64,000 nt of DNA from an uncultured Gemmatimonadales bacterium (GTDB lineage Bacteria; Gemmatimonadota; Gemmatimonadetes; Gemmatimonadales; GWC2-71-9): the NCBI GenBank assembly GCA_963844035.1, contig CAWJMT010000005.1:192001-256000 (forward strand), in the 5' to 3' direction. Below, piece by piece: positions 33,187 through 44,095 of the stretch (its first letter is position 1; each line of letters begins with the position of its first letter). The position numbers and the translations under genes are program-made. The notes under the pieces are model-generated. The model was given only the letters and a program-made list of their open reading frames with translations. It was not told where the DNA came from and ran no database searches.

Positions 33187-33699
33187 ATGACGCGCAATGG
33201 CGATTGGCTGCTCTGGCCCGTGAGGACGCTGCTTGCGGGAATGCTGGGTCTGGGCCTGGTGGCGTGCACCAGTGCCGTCGCACGGGTGCCTGAGGGTCCT
33301 GACGCCGTCCGCACGACGGGCGGCATTCGCGCTGTGGACCGGACGCTGGTGGCGGGCACGCTGGTCGAGGCGACCATCACCCGCACGCTGTCCTGGCGCC
33401 GCAACACGCCGGGCGAGCCGCTGACGGCGATCGTGAGCGCGGACGTCCGCAATGCGCGCCGCTGGGTGGTGATTCCGGCCGGAAGCGCGCTGGCGCTGAG
33501 GGTCCCGCGCCGGCCGTCGACGACGATGCAGCTGGATGTGGTGTCCGTGACGGTCCGGGGGCGGGCGAATCCAGTGCGCGCCACGATGGACGTCGCGCCG
33601 GCGCCGGCCGGTGACGTGGCGGTGGAATCGGGGGCGCGAGTCCTGTTCGTCCTGCCGGAGGGGTTCACGGCGGCGGTGCGGCACGAGACCATCCCATGA
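33187..33699 (+). CDS. Lipoprotein, paralog of 31025-31654
   Basis: RTLVAGTLVEAT..LS..N..GE.L.A.VSADV..VVIPAGS matches the 31025 protein. Confidence 0.7.
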   Translation: MTRNGDWLLWPVRTLLAGMLGLGLVACTSAVARVPEGPDAVRTTGGIRAVDRTLVAGTLVEATITRTLSWRRNTPGEPLTAIVSADVRNARRWVVIPAGSALALRVPRRPSTTMQLDVVSVTVRGRANPVRATMDVAPAPAGDVAVESGARVLFVLPEGFTAAVRHETIP

Positions 33700-33941
33700 A
33701 TTTCAGACGCCTGATGTCGCTGGTGGGTGTGGTGCTCACCTCGCTGCTGATGATCGCGCAGACGGTGCAAAGCTTCGTGCTCATCGCGTCCGATGCGAAA
33801 GCGGCGAAGCAAGCGGAGAAGGTGCGCAAGCCGAATCGCCGCCTTCCTCCGAAGACGCTAGTTCATCTCACTGCTCGTTACGACGAATGGAGGGCGTTAT
33901 GTCAGGCAGGATGCTCACGGGGGTGCTCGCGCTGGGTCTGA
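33696..33941 (+). CDS. Small hypothetical protein
   Basis: ATGA overlap with upstream gene; N-terminal hydrophobic helix. Confidence 0.4.
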   Translation: MNFRRLMSLVGVVLTSLLMIAQTVQSFVLIASDAKAAKQAEKVRKPNRRLPPKTLVHLTARYDEWRALCQAGCSRGCSRWV

Positions 33942-34409
33942 TGGCGTGTTCACGTGCCCCGGTCAAGGAGAACGTTGTCGTCGACGCAGCCTGTGGTCGA
34001 GACGCAGAGTCTTGCCGTGTCCGCCGCGGTGCTCACGACGCTGCAGGCGCTGATCCACTTCGCCGATAACCAGGCGGGCTTGAGCGATTCGGCGCGGACG
34101 ATCCTGGACGACAAGGTCGCCGTGTTCCGGGCGAACCCGAAACTGCGGATCGTCATCGTGGGGTACGCGAGCCAGCCCGGCACCGAGGCCTACAACCTCA
34201 AGCTCGGCACCCGGCGCGCCGAATCGGCCAGGAGCCACCTGGTGGCACAGGGTATCGCCGAGGACCGGATCGATATCGAGACCCAGGGCGAGAGCCAGCG
34301 GTTGGTTGAGGGCTCCGGGGAGGCGGCCGACGCGGAGAACCGCCGCGACCAGTTCCAGGTGATGGCCCTCACGCACAGCGACGTGTTTCTGGCGTCGCCC
34401 GAGAAATAG
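33899..34409 (+). CDS. OmpA/Pal-like lipoprotein (frameshifted)
   Basis: LMAC lipobox; IHF, IVGYA..GTEAYNLKLGTRRA, QGE, NRRDQF. Confidence 0.82.
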
Positions 34410-34550
34410 CGACTGCCACGTGCTCCGGGATCCGGATATCCCCGCCGTGCTCGCCTTGCTGCGGGACGACGACATGGACTGCTGTGACGTCTGCGCCATT
34501 CCCGCCCATCGAGAGTGACGCTCGACACTCGCCTGCGGCGCTGAGATTCC

Positions 34551-35793
34551 ATGAAGGGTTCGGCTCAGGACAACACCGTCGTCCGGTTTGAGATCGCCCC
34601 GCGCTCGATCGCGTGGATCCTGGCGACGATCGCGGGCGTGTGGTTGTTCTTCCAGCTCCGGGTGATCGTGCTGCTGGTGGTGGTCGCGCTCGTCCTCGCG
34701 GGCACCTTCAATCCGGTGGTCGAGTGGCTGGAGCGCCGCGGGCTCAAGCGGATCTACGGGCTCGTGCTGGTCTTTGTCGCGCTGCTGGTCGTTCACCTGC
34801 CTGCTCATCTTTTTCATGGTCCCGCCCCTCACCGAGCAGCTCACCCAGATTGTGAGCGACGCTCCGCAGCATCGCGAACGGTTGATCGCGTTGCTCCAGC
34901 AGCGCGATGCCACCGCTCCCCTCGCCCGAGCGATGCAGCACGCAGATCTCGCGAAGACGATCGCCCGCCTCGAGACGTACCTGGTGGAGTACGTGCCCCG
35001 CGCCGCCGTCGGGCTGGGATACGCGGTGACCACCCTGGTGCTGGCGTTCTATATCCTGGCGGACGGCAAGCGGACCCAGGGCACGCTGTACGCCATCGTG
35101 CCGCGCGGCTACCACATGCGGCTGGCGCGCATCATCCAGAACATGGAGGTGATCGTCGGCGGCTACATGCGAGGCCAGCTCATCACGTCCGCGGCGGTCG
35201 GCGTGGTGACCTTTGTGCTCCTGGTGGCGTGCAAGGTCCCGAATGCATTGTCCCTCGCGCTGTTCGCAGCCCTGGTGGACGTGATCCCGTTCGTCGGCGC
35301 GGTGCTGGCGAGCGGTCCGGCCGTCCTGTCGGCGCTGTCCGTCAGCGTGCCCGTGGGCATGGTGGTGCTGGTGGTCCTGTTCGTCTACCAGGAATTCGAG
35401 AATCGCATCCTGGTTCCGAAGATCTATGGACGCGCGCTGCGGCTCTCACCAACGGTGGTCATTCTCGCGCTGCTGGCCGGCGGCATGCTGCTCGGCATCA
35501 TCGGGGCGCTGCTCGCCCTGCCCATCGCGGCGGGGCTGCAGATGATGGTGGCGGAGCTGCGGGTGGACTTGCCTGGCGACGACAGTGACGACCGGGTGGC
35601 GCACGCCCGCGATGCGCAGACCGAGGCGACCTACGAACGCATGAGTGCCGGCGCCACGGCCCCGGAAGCCGGACGGATCGCGCGGAACCTCGCGCACGAC
35701 ATCCGGGACGCGGACGTCGTGGATGCCGCGAAGGAGATGGACGCGGCGAAGGCAAGGGAAAAGGAAATGGAAGCGGAGGGTGTTGGGCCATGA
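34551..35793 (+). CDS. AI-2E family transporter (frameshifted)
   Basis: GGYMRGQL, IPFVG, YQEFENRILVPKIYG, GIIGALLALP. Confidence 0.9.
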
Positions 35794-37917
35794 CCACCAC
35801 CGCACGCGCCCCGAGGGCCAAGACCGGCCGGCGGGTGGAGGTCATCACCGACCTGAAGACCGGCGCCCTCCAGGATGCCATTCTCAACAGCGCCAACTTC
35901 TCGAGTATCGCCACCGACGCGAAGGGCGTGATCCAGATCTTCAACGTCGGCGCCGAGCGGATGCTGGGCTATGCGGCGGCCGAGGTGATCAACAAAATCA
36001 CGCCGGCCGATATTTCCGATCCGCAGGAAGTGATCGCCCGCGCCAAGGCGCTCAGCGTCGAGCTGGGCACGCCGATTACGCCGGGCTTCGAGGCGTTGGT
36101 GTTCAAGGCCTCGCGCGGCATCGAGGACATCTACGAGCTGACCTATATCCGCAAGGACGGCAGCCGGTTCCCGGCAGTGGTGTCGGTCACGGCGCTGCGG
36201 GACGCCCAGGACGCCATCATCGGCTATCTGCTGATCGGCACCGACAACACCGCGCGCAAACAGGCGGAAGAGGCGTTGCTCAAAGCGGGCGCCCTGCAGA
36301 GCGCGATCTTCCACAGCGCCAACTTCTCCAGTATCGCGACGGACGCGAAGGGCGTGATCCAGATCTTCAACGTCGGCGCCGAGCGGATGCTGGGCTATGC
36401 GGCGGCCGAGGTGATGAACCAGATCACGCCGGCCGACATTTCCGATCCGCAGGAAGTGATCGCCCGCGCCAAGGCGCTCAGCGTCGAGCTGGGCACCCCG
36501 ATTACGCCGGGGTTCGAGGCCCTGGTCCACAAGGCGTCGCGCGGCATCGAGGACATCTATGAGCTGACCTACGTCCGCAAGGACGGGAGCCGGTTCCCGG
36601 CGGTCGTGTCGGTCACGGCGCTGCGCGATGCGCAGGACGCCATCATCGGCTATCTGTTGATCGGCACCGACAACAGCGCGCGCAAGGAGGTCGAAGAGGA
36701 GCGCGAGCGCCTGGATCAGGTGCTGCGGGAGAAGAACATCGAGCTGGAGAGCTCCAAGTCCGTGGCGGAAAAGGCCAACCGCGCGAAATCGGAGTTTCTG
36801 TCCAGCATGAGCCATGAGCTGCGCTCACCGCTCAATGCGATCCTCGGGTTCGCCCAGCTGATGGAATCCGACGCCACGCCGGCCACGCCGTCCCAGAAAA
36901 CGAGCATCGACGAGATTCTTCGCGCGGGCTGGTATCTCCTGGAGCTGATCAACGAGATTCTCGACCTGGCGCAGATCGAGTCCGGAAAGCTGTCATTGTC
37001 GCGGGAGCCGACGTCACTGGCCGACGTGATGCTCGAATGCCAGGCCATGATCGAGCCGCAGGCGCAAAAGCACGGCATCCGCATGACCTTCCCGCCGTTC
37101 GACGTCCCGTTGTTCGTTCAGGCCGATCGCACGCGGTTGAAGCAGGTGCTCATCAACCTCCTGTCCAACGCGGTCAAATACAACCAGCCGGGGGGAACGG
37201 TGGTGGTGGACTGCGTCGCCGCTACCCCGGACCGGGTTCGGATCAACGTCCGGGATACGGGCGCAGGGTTGCCTCCGGAGAAGCTGGCGCAGCTGTTCCA
37301 GCCGTTCAACCGCCTGGGCCAGGAGCGGGGCGCCGAGCAGGGGACCGGCATCGGCCTGGTGATGAGCAAGCGGCTGGTCGAGCTGATGGGCGGCGTGCTC
37401 GGTGTGGAGAGCAGCGTGGGAGTCGGCAGCGTGTTCTGGTGCGAGCTGGAGCGCGGCGGCGGCGCCGGAGATCGACGAGACGACACAGGCCCCCGCGGCC
37501 GCCGCCGGCGCGCAGGCTCAGCCCGGCGCGCCCGTGCACACGCTGCTGTACGTCGAGGACAACCCGGCGAACCTGAAGCTGGTCGAGCAGCTGATCGCCC
37601 GCCGCCCCACGCTGCGCCTGCTGACCGCGGTGGACGGCAACCAGGGGATCCAGCTGGCGCGCGCCAATCTGCCGGAGGTGATCCTGATGGACATCAATCT
37701 GCCCGGCATCAGCGGTCTCGAAGCCCTGAAGATCCTGCGCGACGACCCGGCGACCGCGCACATTCCCATCGTCGCCCTCAGCGCCAATGCGATGCCACGC
37801 GACATCGAGAAGGGTCTCGAGGCGGGATTCTTCTCGTATCTCACCAAGCCGATCAAGATCAAAGAGTTCATGGAGGCGCTCGACGCGGCGCTGGAATCCG
37901 GGCACGCGCATGCTTGA
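35790..37917 (+). CDS. PAS-PAS hybrid histidine kinase with receiver (frameshift near 37460)
   Basis: Two near-identical PAS domains; MSHELRSPLN, NLLSNAVKY, DTGAG, GTGIGL; receiver LYVEDN...LMDINLP. Confidence 0.92.
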
Positions 37918-39049
37918 GGCGTCCGAGATCCTCAAGGCCAGGATCCTGGTGGTCGACGATCAGCAGGCCAACGTCCTGCTGCTCGAGACCCTGCTGGCCG
38001 GCGCGGGCTATACGTCCATCACCTCCACGCTCGATCCCCGCGCCGTGTACGCGCTGCACGAGAAGCATCGCTTCGACCTGATCCTGCTCGATCTCCAGAT
38101 GCCCGGAATGGACGGGTTCGAAGTCATGGAAGGCCTGAAGCCTCTTGAAACGGACGGGGTCCTGCCGGTCCTGGTGATCACCGCCCAGCCCGATCACAAG
38201 CTTCGGGCGCTCCGGGCCGGGGCGAGGGATTTCATCAGCAAGCCGTTCGAGGTCGCCGAGGTGCTGATGCGCGTCCACAACATGCTCGAAGTGCGGCTGA
38301 TGGCCGCCGAGATCAGCCGCAAGAACGACGAGCTGAAGAAGCTGTTCGATCAGGTCGTGGCGGAGCGCAAGGTGTCGGAGCGGCTGGCCCTGCATGTGCC
38401 CCCGGACTCGATTGCCGCGCGGTTGCAGGCACGCCCGGATGTGGCGGCGGACAGCTTTACGGACGTGACCGTATTGATCGCGGACATCGTCGGGTTCACG
38501 GACCTCACACCGGCCGTGAGCGCTGAGCGACTGGCGCTCCTCCTGGATGGGATCTTCGTCACCTTCGACGGCCTGGCGCAGGAGCGCGGTCTCAAGAAGG
38601 TCAAAACATTGGGGAATTCGTACATGGCCGTCGCCGGCGTGCCCGACGCGGCGAGCGATCACGCGGTGCGGGCGGCGCACCTGGCGCTCGACATGATCGC
38701 CGGGCTGGAGCGCTTCAATGAGCGCAGCGAACACTCGCTGCAGGTGCGCATCGGGATCGCCAGCGGACCGGTGGTGGCCGGCGTCATCGGCAAGCGGAGG
38801 TACCTCTACGATGTGTGGGGGGACGCGGTGAACACCGCCAGCCGGATGGAATCCCACGGGGTGGCCGGACGGGTGCAGGTGTCGGAGAGCACCCGGCTGC
38901 TGCTGGGCGAACCCTTCGTGCTCGAGGAGCGCGGGGTGATCGAGGTCGAGGGCAAGGGCGAGCTCAAGACGTGGTTCGTCAGCGGACGGGATGGGGCGTC
39001 GCACGAAGGAAGGCGCGAGTCGTCGGAGCACGCACAGATCGCTTCGTGA
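37910..39049 (+). CDS. Receiver plus class III adenylate/guanylate cyclase
   Basis: VVDD..LLDLQMP; ADIVGFT, VRIGIASGPVVAGVIG, YDVWGDAVNTASRMES. Confidence 0.92.
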   Translation: MLEASEILKARILVVDDQQANVLLLETLLAGAGYTSITSTLDPRAVYALHEKHRFDLILLDLQMPGMDGFEVMEGLKPLETDGVLPVLVITAQPDHKLRALRAGARDFISKPFEVAEVLMRVHNMLEVRLMAAEISRKNDELKKLFDQVVAERKVSERLALHVPPDSIAARLQARPDVAADSFTDVTVLIADIVGFTDLTPAVSAERLALLLDGIFVTFDGLAQERGLKKVKTLGNSYMAVAGVPDAASDHAVRAAHLALDMIAGLERFNERSEHSLQVRIGIASGPVVAGVIGKRRYLYDVWGDAVNTASRMESHGVAGRVQVSESTRLLLGEPFVLEERGVIEVEGKGELKTWFVSGRDGASHEGRRESSEHAQIAS

Positions 39050-39843
39050 GGGCGGCGTTCCGCGCCGCACGGCGAGCTGGAGAATGGGCGATGGTGGCGG
39101 CGCTGAGCGTTGCGGCGCTTCCAGCCCAACAGCCTCAGCAGGGACCGCAACCGCCATGCGGAACGGAACCCGTTCCGGCCTATCCTGGTCTTGGTGAGTC
39201 GGCCATCGTGACGTCGTGGAGTAAGGCGGATTTCGGCCGCGACTGGCGACCACCCGCCTGCACCGGTTGGGTTGCGGTGGGCTTTACCACGTTGGTGACC
39301 ACCGTGGCGCGATTTCGCCATACGTCGGGCGCTGAGGGCTTGCTGCGCCACGTTGGGGCCATTTCCGAGCTCGCGGGCATGCGCTACTGGTCCACCTCCC
39401 ACAAACGGTGGCAAACCCTGATGGTAGACGCCTCCGCCCTGACCGACTCGCAGCCCGGTCAACGCCGCAGCGACTTCACGCCCGATGAAATGACGGAAGG
39501 CAAGGTGCTCTACCTCGAGCAGGTCGATAACCTCTCAGGCAAAGCCATCTACCGAATGCACATTGCCGAGGCTTCGGCGAGCCGCCTCGTCTTCACCGTC
39601 GAGAATGTCAGCGCGATACGCTATCGCTTGCTGCGGATCTTTCACCCGGGCGAGATGCAGTCGCTGTACTGTCTGGATCGCGAATCGGATGGCGTCTGGC
39701 GCTACTACAGCATCGTGCGCACGGGGAAGAACGCCAACCACCTGATCGCGGGACATGGACCCGCATCCGTCAACCGGGCGGTTGCGTTCTATCGCCATCT
39801 GGTCGGCATTCCCACCGACCAGGAGCCGCCGGCGGCGCGATGA
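39046..39843 (+). CDS. Secreted hypothetical protein
   Basis: GTGA overlap, signal-like N-terminus; AGMRYWSTSHKRW and NRAVAFY motifs. Confidence 0.65.
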   Translation: MRAAFRAARRAGEWAMVAALSVAALPAQQPQQGPQPPCGTEPVPAYPGLGESAIVTSWSKADFGRDWRPPACTGWVAVGFTTLVTTVARFRHTSGAEGLLRHVGAISELAGMRYWSTSHKRWQTLMVDASALTDSQPGQRRSDFTPDEMTEGKVLYLEQVDNLSGKAIYRMHIAEASASRLVFTVENVSAIRYRLLRIFHPGEMQSLYCLDRESDGVWRYYSIVRTGKNANHLIAGHGPASVNRAVAFYRHLVGIPTDQEPPAAR

Positions 39844-41536
39844 AGGCAGCGTGGTGGAGTGTGTTGCTCATCGCCGTCGCCTTCGCGGGATGCGGGCCGT
39901 CGCCCCGGACGGATGCCGGGCGGACCGAATCCTCCCGGCGAGCTCGTTGCGGAGCGCATCCGGACGCGCATCGAAAACGCCGGCGTCGTCACGGAGCTCC
40001 GCGCGGCGGGCGAGCCCGTGTACGAAAGCGTGGTGCTTCCCAGCTTCTACGAGCGGCGACTCTACCGCCCGGCATGGAGCGACCAGCGCGGCCCCACCCG
40101 GCTGGCCCGATGACCTGGTTGGCGCGCTGCGCCGGGCGGATCTCGAGGGGCTGCGATCCGAGGACTACCACCTCGCCGGCATCGAGGCCCTGCTTGCGGC
40201 GGTGCGTGCCGACGCCAAGCGCGGCCCGGCGATCGCCCCGGACCGATGGGCGGAGCTCGATCTCCTGCTCACGGACGCGTTCCTGGTCTACGGGGCCCAT
40301 CTCCTCGCGGGGCGGGTGAATCCCGAAACCCTCCGTCCGGAGTGGCTGGCGAACCGGCGCAGCGCCGATATCGCCGCGGTGTTGGAGACAGCCCTCGCGT
40401 CGCGCAACATCGCCGGCGCGCTCGAGACGCTCGTCCCACCTGCGGGAAGGCTACCGGCGGTTGCGCGAGGCGCTGGCGCGCTACCGCGGCGTGGCGGCAA
40501 CGGGCGGCTGGCCCAGCGATCCCGGACGGGGCGACGCTGGCGCGGGGCGACCACGGCCCTCGCCGTGGCGGCGCTACGCGAGCGGCTACGCCTCGAGGGC
40601 GACCTCGGACCGGCGGGGGAACCGGACGCGGCGCTGTACGACGAGCCGCTCGAACAGGCCGTGAAGAAGTTCCAGCGGCGCCACGGCCTTACGGCAGACG
40701 GCGCGGTGCGGGCCAGGACCCGCGCCGACCTCAACGTGCGCGTGGAACGTCGCGTCGAGCAGTTGGAGCTGAACCTCGAGCGCTGGCGCTGGCTGCCCAA
40801 GGACCTGGGACACCGGCACATCATCGTGAACATCGCGAACTTCGAGCTGGACGTGGTGGAGGGGGATTCGGTCGTACTGGCGATGCGGGTCGTCGTGGGA
40901 CGCCTCTACAACCGCACACCGGTGCTGAGCGATACCGTGCGGTATCTCGTTCTCAATCCCTACTGGCACGTGCCCCGCAACATCGCGGCGGGAGAGTTGC
41001 TCCTGAAAGCCCGGCACGACCCGTCGTACTTTGCGCGAAACAAACTGCGGGTCTTCAGGAACTCGGGCTCGGACGCTCGAGAGGTCGATCCCAGAACGGT
41101 CGATTGGTCGGCGATCACCCCCGCCGCATTCCCCTTCCGCTTGCGTCAAGATCCGGGCCCGCTCAACGCCCTCGGGCGGGTCAAGTTCATGTTCCTCAAC
41201 AAGTACAACGTCTATCTCCACGACACGCCGGCTCGCCCGCTGTTCGAGGAAACGCAGCGGGACTTCAGCCATGGATGCATCCGGATCCAGCAACCGATCG
41301 GGCTGGCCGTGTATCTCCTCCGGCAGGATCCGCGCTGGAATCGCGACTCGCTCCTGCACGCGCTCGACGACGCGGTGGACCGAACCGTGCCACTCCCGGA
41401 ACCGATGCCGATCCACTTGCTCTACTGGACTGCCTGGGCCGACTGGGACGGTACGATCCAGTTCCGCCGGGACATCCACGGTCGCGACGCACCCCTCTTG
41501 AAGGCCTTGCGAGCACCCCCACCCACCACCCCGTAG
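39840..41536 (+). CDS. L,D-transpeptidase (YcbB/LdtD-like), frameshifted
   Basis: PG-binding AVKKFQRRHGL..DG; NLERWRW; NALGRVKFMF, YLHDTP, FSHGCIR. Confidence 0.92.
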
Positions 41537-41568
41537 CCTCAGCACCCGTCCCAGGGCTTGCATCAAAG

Positions 41569-41604
41569 GGATGAGTACGCCTACACTAAAAGGATGAGTA
41601 CGCC
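41569..41604 (+). repeat. Direct repeat GGATGAGTACGCC x2 (23-bp period)
   Basis: Copies at 41569-41581 and 41592-41604. Confidence 0.8.
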
Positions 41605-41625
41605 AGCCCGACACGCCACACCTTC

Positions 41626-42573
41626 TTGACACGCCTCGCATACCTGGGGCTGGCGCTCGGCGCGCTCACCGTCGCCGTCGCTGGATCCGTCAGGCCACCC
41701 GCTGCGGCGGCGGGGTTCTCAGTACGATACCGGAACGTGAGCGTGTCCGAACGGGTGCGGGCGTTGACCGCGCTCCCAGGCGAGACCGTGACGTTCGAAG
41801 TGGCGAACCGCGGCCCGGGATCGGGCTACGTGGCGCGGCCGGCGGCCGGCCGGCTCGTGCCGCTCGGCACGGAACGCTGGGCATGGACGGCGCCCCCCGA
41901 GCCGGGCCTCTATCCCATCCAGGTGCATGCCCCACACGGGCGTGACTCGGTCACGCTGCAAGCGTTCGTGGTCGTCCCCTACGACCGACTCCAGGGGGGC
42001 GAATTCCTGAACGGCTATCGGATCGGCCGCTACCCCGAGCAGCCGCTCCGTGGGCTCGCCGGCTCGGGGCCGCCGGCCGGGTTCGTCGAGGTCACGCGAG
42101 CGAACGAAGACGTCCTCGTCTCCCCCCACTTCCGACTCAAGCAGTTCCTGTGCAAGCAGCCGGGGGGCTCCCGGAAGTACGTCGTCCTGAACGAGCGGCT
42201 CTTGCTCGCCCTCGAGTATCTCCTCGACCGGGTGGATGAGGCCGGCTATCGGGCGACCACCTTCTACATCATGAGCGGGTATCGCACCCCGGCCTACAAC
42301 CGGTCGCTCGGCAACGTCCGCTACAGCCAGCATCAGTGTGGCACGGCCGCGGACATCTTCATCGACGAGAATGGCGACGGCAGGATGGACGACCTGAATG
42401 GCGACGGCCGGAGCGATATCCGCGATGCCGAGGTGCTCTATCGGCTGATCGACGGCGCCGCAGCCCGACCGGAGGCTCAGGGGCTGATCGGAGGGCTGGG
42501 CAAGTATCGCTCGACGGCGGCGCACGGTCCCTTTGTCCACGTCGACGTTCGGGACCGCAAGGCACGGTGGTGA
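41626..42573 (+). CDS. Peptidase M15A-family protein
   Basis: VSPHFRL, MSGYRTPAYN, SQH..G.AAD, FVHVDVR. Confidence 0.88.
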   Translation: MTRLAYLGLALGALTVAVAGSVRPPAAAAGFSVRYRNVSVSERVRALTALPGETVTFEVANRGPGSGYVARPAAGRLVPLGTERWAWTAPPEPGLYPIQVHAPHGRDSVTLQAFVVVPYDRLQGGEFLNGYRIGRYPEQPLRGLAGSGPPAGFVEVTRANEDVLVSPHFRLKQFLCKQPGGSRKYVVLNERLLLALEYLLDRVDEAGYRATTFYIMSGYRTPAYNRSLGNVRYSQHQCGTAADIFIDENGDGRMDDLNGDGRSDIRDAEVLYRLIDGAAARPEAQGLIGGLGKYRSTAAHGPFVHVDVRDRKARW

Positions 42574-42595
42574 TTATCGGTCTTACCTTCAACCA

Positions 42596-43302
42596 TCAGG
42601 CTTGACGCGCCACAGGTCCGGTGCACGGGTCGGCGCTCCGGGCAAACGTGTGCGCGGCGATCTGAAGCCGGCTGTGCAACGCCAGCTTTTCCAGAATGTT
42701 GTGCACGTGGCTCTTGACGGTGTACGTCGCGATATTGAGCCGCTGGGCCATCTCCTTGTTGCTCAGACCCTCTGCAATCAAGTCCATGATCTGCCGCTCA
42801 CGCCTCGTCATGTGCACGCGCCTGCTCGATGCCCGGCATGTGGTGCGTCACCGCCTGCTGCGCAATGTGCGACAGCAGCGTCCCGGTCAACGCGGGGGGG
42901 GCCACGTCCGCTCCCTGGCCGACCGATCGAACGGTGCGCAAGAGATCGTCCACCGTCGCGTCCTTCAGGATGAACCCGGTCGCTCCCGCCTTGATGAACG
43001 CGATGACGTCGTCCTGCACGGCATGCACGTCCATTAGGACCACCCGAGTCTCAGGCGCCAAGTCCTTGATTCTCTTGAGAGCGTCCCCCTTACCCAGGGC
43101 TGCGTTGACCACCGTGGCATGCGGCTGAGTCTCCCGAACCGAAGCCAGCCCCAATGTGACGCAGGCGGCGGTCGCGGCGACCTTGAAGTCCGGGTGCCCG
43201 TCCAGCAGGGCGGCGAGTCGCTCGCGCGCCAGACGATTATCCTCGATCACCACCACGCGAACGGGTCCGGCCCCGAATGGTGAGGTCGTCTGACGAGTTC
43301 AT
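42596..43302 (-). CDS. NarL-family response regulator, paralog of 29044-29760 (frameshifted)
   Basis: C-terminal half nearly identical (PPALTGTLLSHIAQQAV...TVKSHVHNILEKLALHSRLQIAA). Confidence 0.9.
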
Positions 43303-43475
43303 GGGCTGCCGGCCGTTGGGGGCGCGTCCCGACCGACGAATGCGTCCCCAGGGAGATCCTTGGCGTCATCTTTGCCTATCACTGGGCCGCCTCCTTAGCG
43401 GTTGCCAGTATGAGTAACTGTTGCTGGATGAAGGAAAAATGAATCGGCCGTGACGAAATAACGTGGCTACCGGAC

Positions 43476-43763
43476 CTAGGAGTCCCCCGACCGCCGCCCC
43501 GTGAACCTGCGGTGCTCACGGACCGGAGACAAATCGATCAGCAGCGCCACCACGAGGCCCGCAATGGGCCAGACCGTCCAGGCGCCGCCGAACCAGCGTT
43601 GGACCGCCGAGTACCAGAGCAGCGTCGTGGGCAAGAAGACGAAGCCGATGACCGGCCAGAGCAGGGTGGGGAAGAGGCCGCCAAACCAGGAAGTGAAGAA
43701 CCAGAGGACGGCGACGGCGAGGCGCGGTGTGAAGAGCGCCAGGGCAACGAGGAAGCAGGGCAT
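43476..43763 (-). CDS. Small membrane protein
   Basis: MPCFLVALALFTPRL...WPVIGFVFLPTTLLWY. Confidence 0.75.
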   Translation of the reverse strand: MPCFLVALALFTPRLAVAVLWFFTSWFGGLFPTLLWPVIGFVFLPTTLLWYSAVQRWFGGAWTVWPIAGLVVALLIDLSPVREHRRFTGRRSGDS

Positions 43764-43814
43764 TGGATCCTCCCGATCCGCGATTACGCGCTTGAACTGA
43801 TTGGCTCAGCCAGC

Positions 43815-43838
43815 AAAAAGGCCGTCGTGAAGACGGCC
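43815..43838 (-). terminator. Intrinsic terminator (minus strand)
   Basis: GGCCGTC-TTCAC-GACGGCC-TTTTT on the minus strand. Confidence 0.7.
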
Positions 43839-43872
43839 CCTCTGGTTCCTGCACATCACGGCACCGTGCCGT

Positions 43873-43992
43873 TTAGCTCTTCATGATCTTCAGGCCGGCT
43901 TTCCGTTTCTTGACGGGACCGCGTCCACCAGCCGACTTGGAAGCACGCCGCTTGGCTGCGGTCATTCTGCCGCCTCTGCTCTTCTTTGCCAT
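43873..43992 (-). CDS. 39-aa highly basic peptide
   Basis: AAGGAGG RBS; MAKKSRGGRMTAAKRRASKSAGGRGPVKKRKAGLKIMKS*; followed by a terminator. Confidence 0.6.
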   Translation of the reverse strand: MAKKSRGGRMTAAKRRASKSAGGRGPVKKRKAGLKIMKS

Positions 43993-44095
43993 AGTGAAAT
44001 CCTCCTTCATTTGTTCGGGTGTCAACTTCCCAGAACAATGCCTCCGTGGGCCGCAGGGCGGTATCGTCCCGAAGGATGGAAAAGGACGTAACTCG

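Noticed and set aside
34420..34518. Short Cys-containing ORF (..DDDMDCCDVC..) as a RiPP precursor or metal-binding peptide
   Set aside because: No RBS and no modifying enzymes nearby; cannot be supported.
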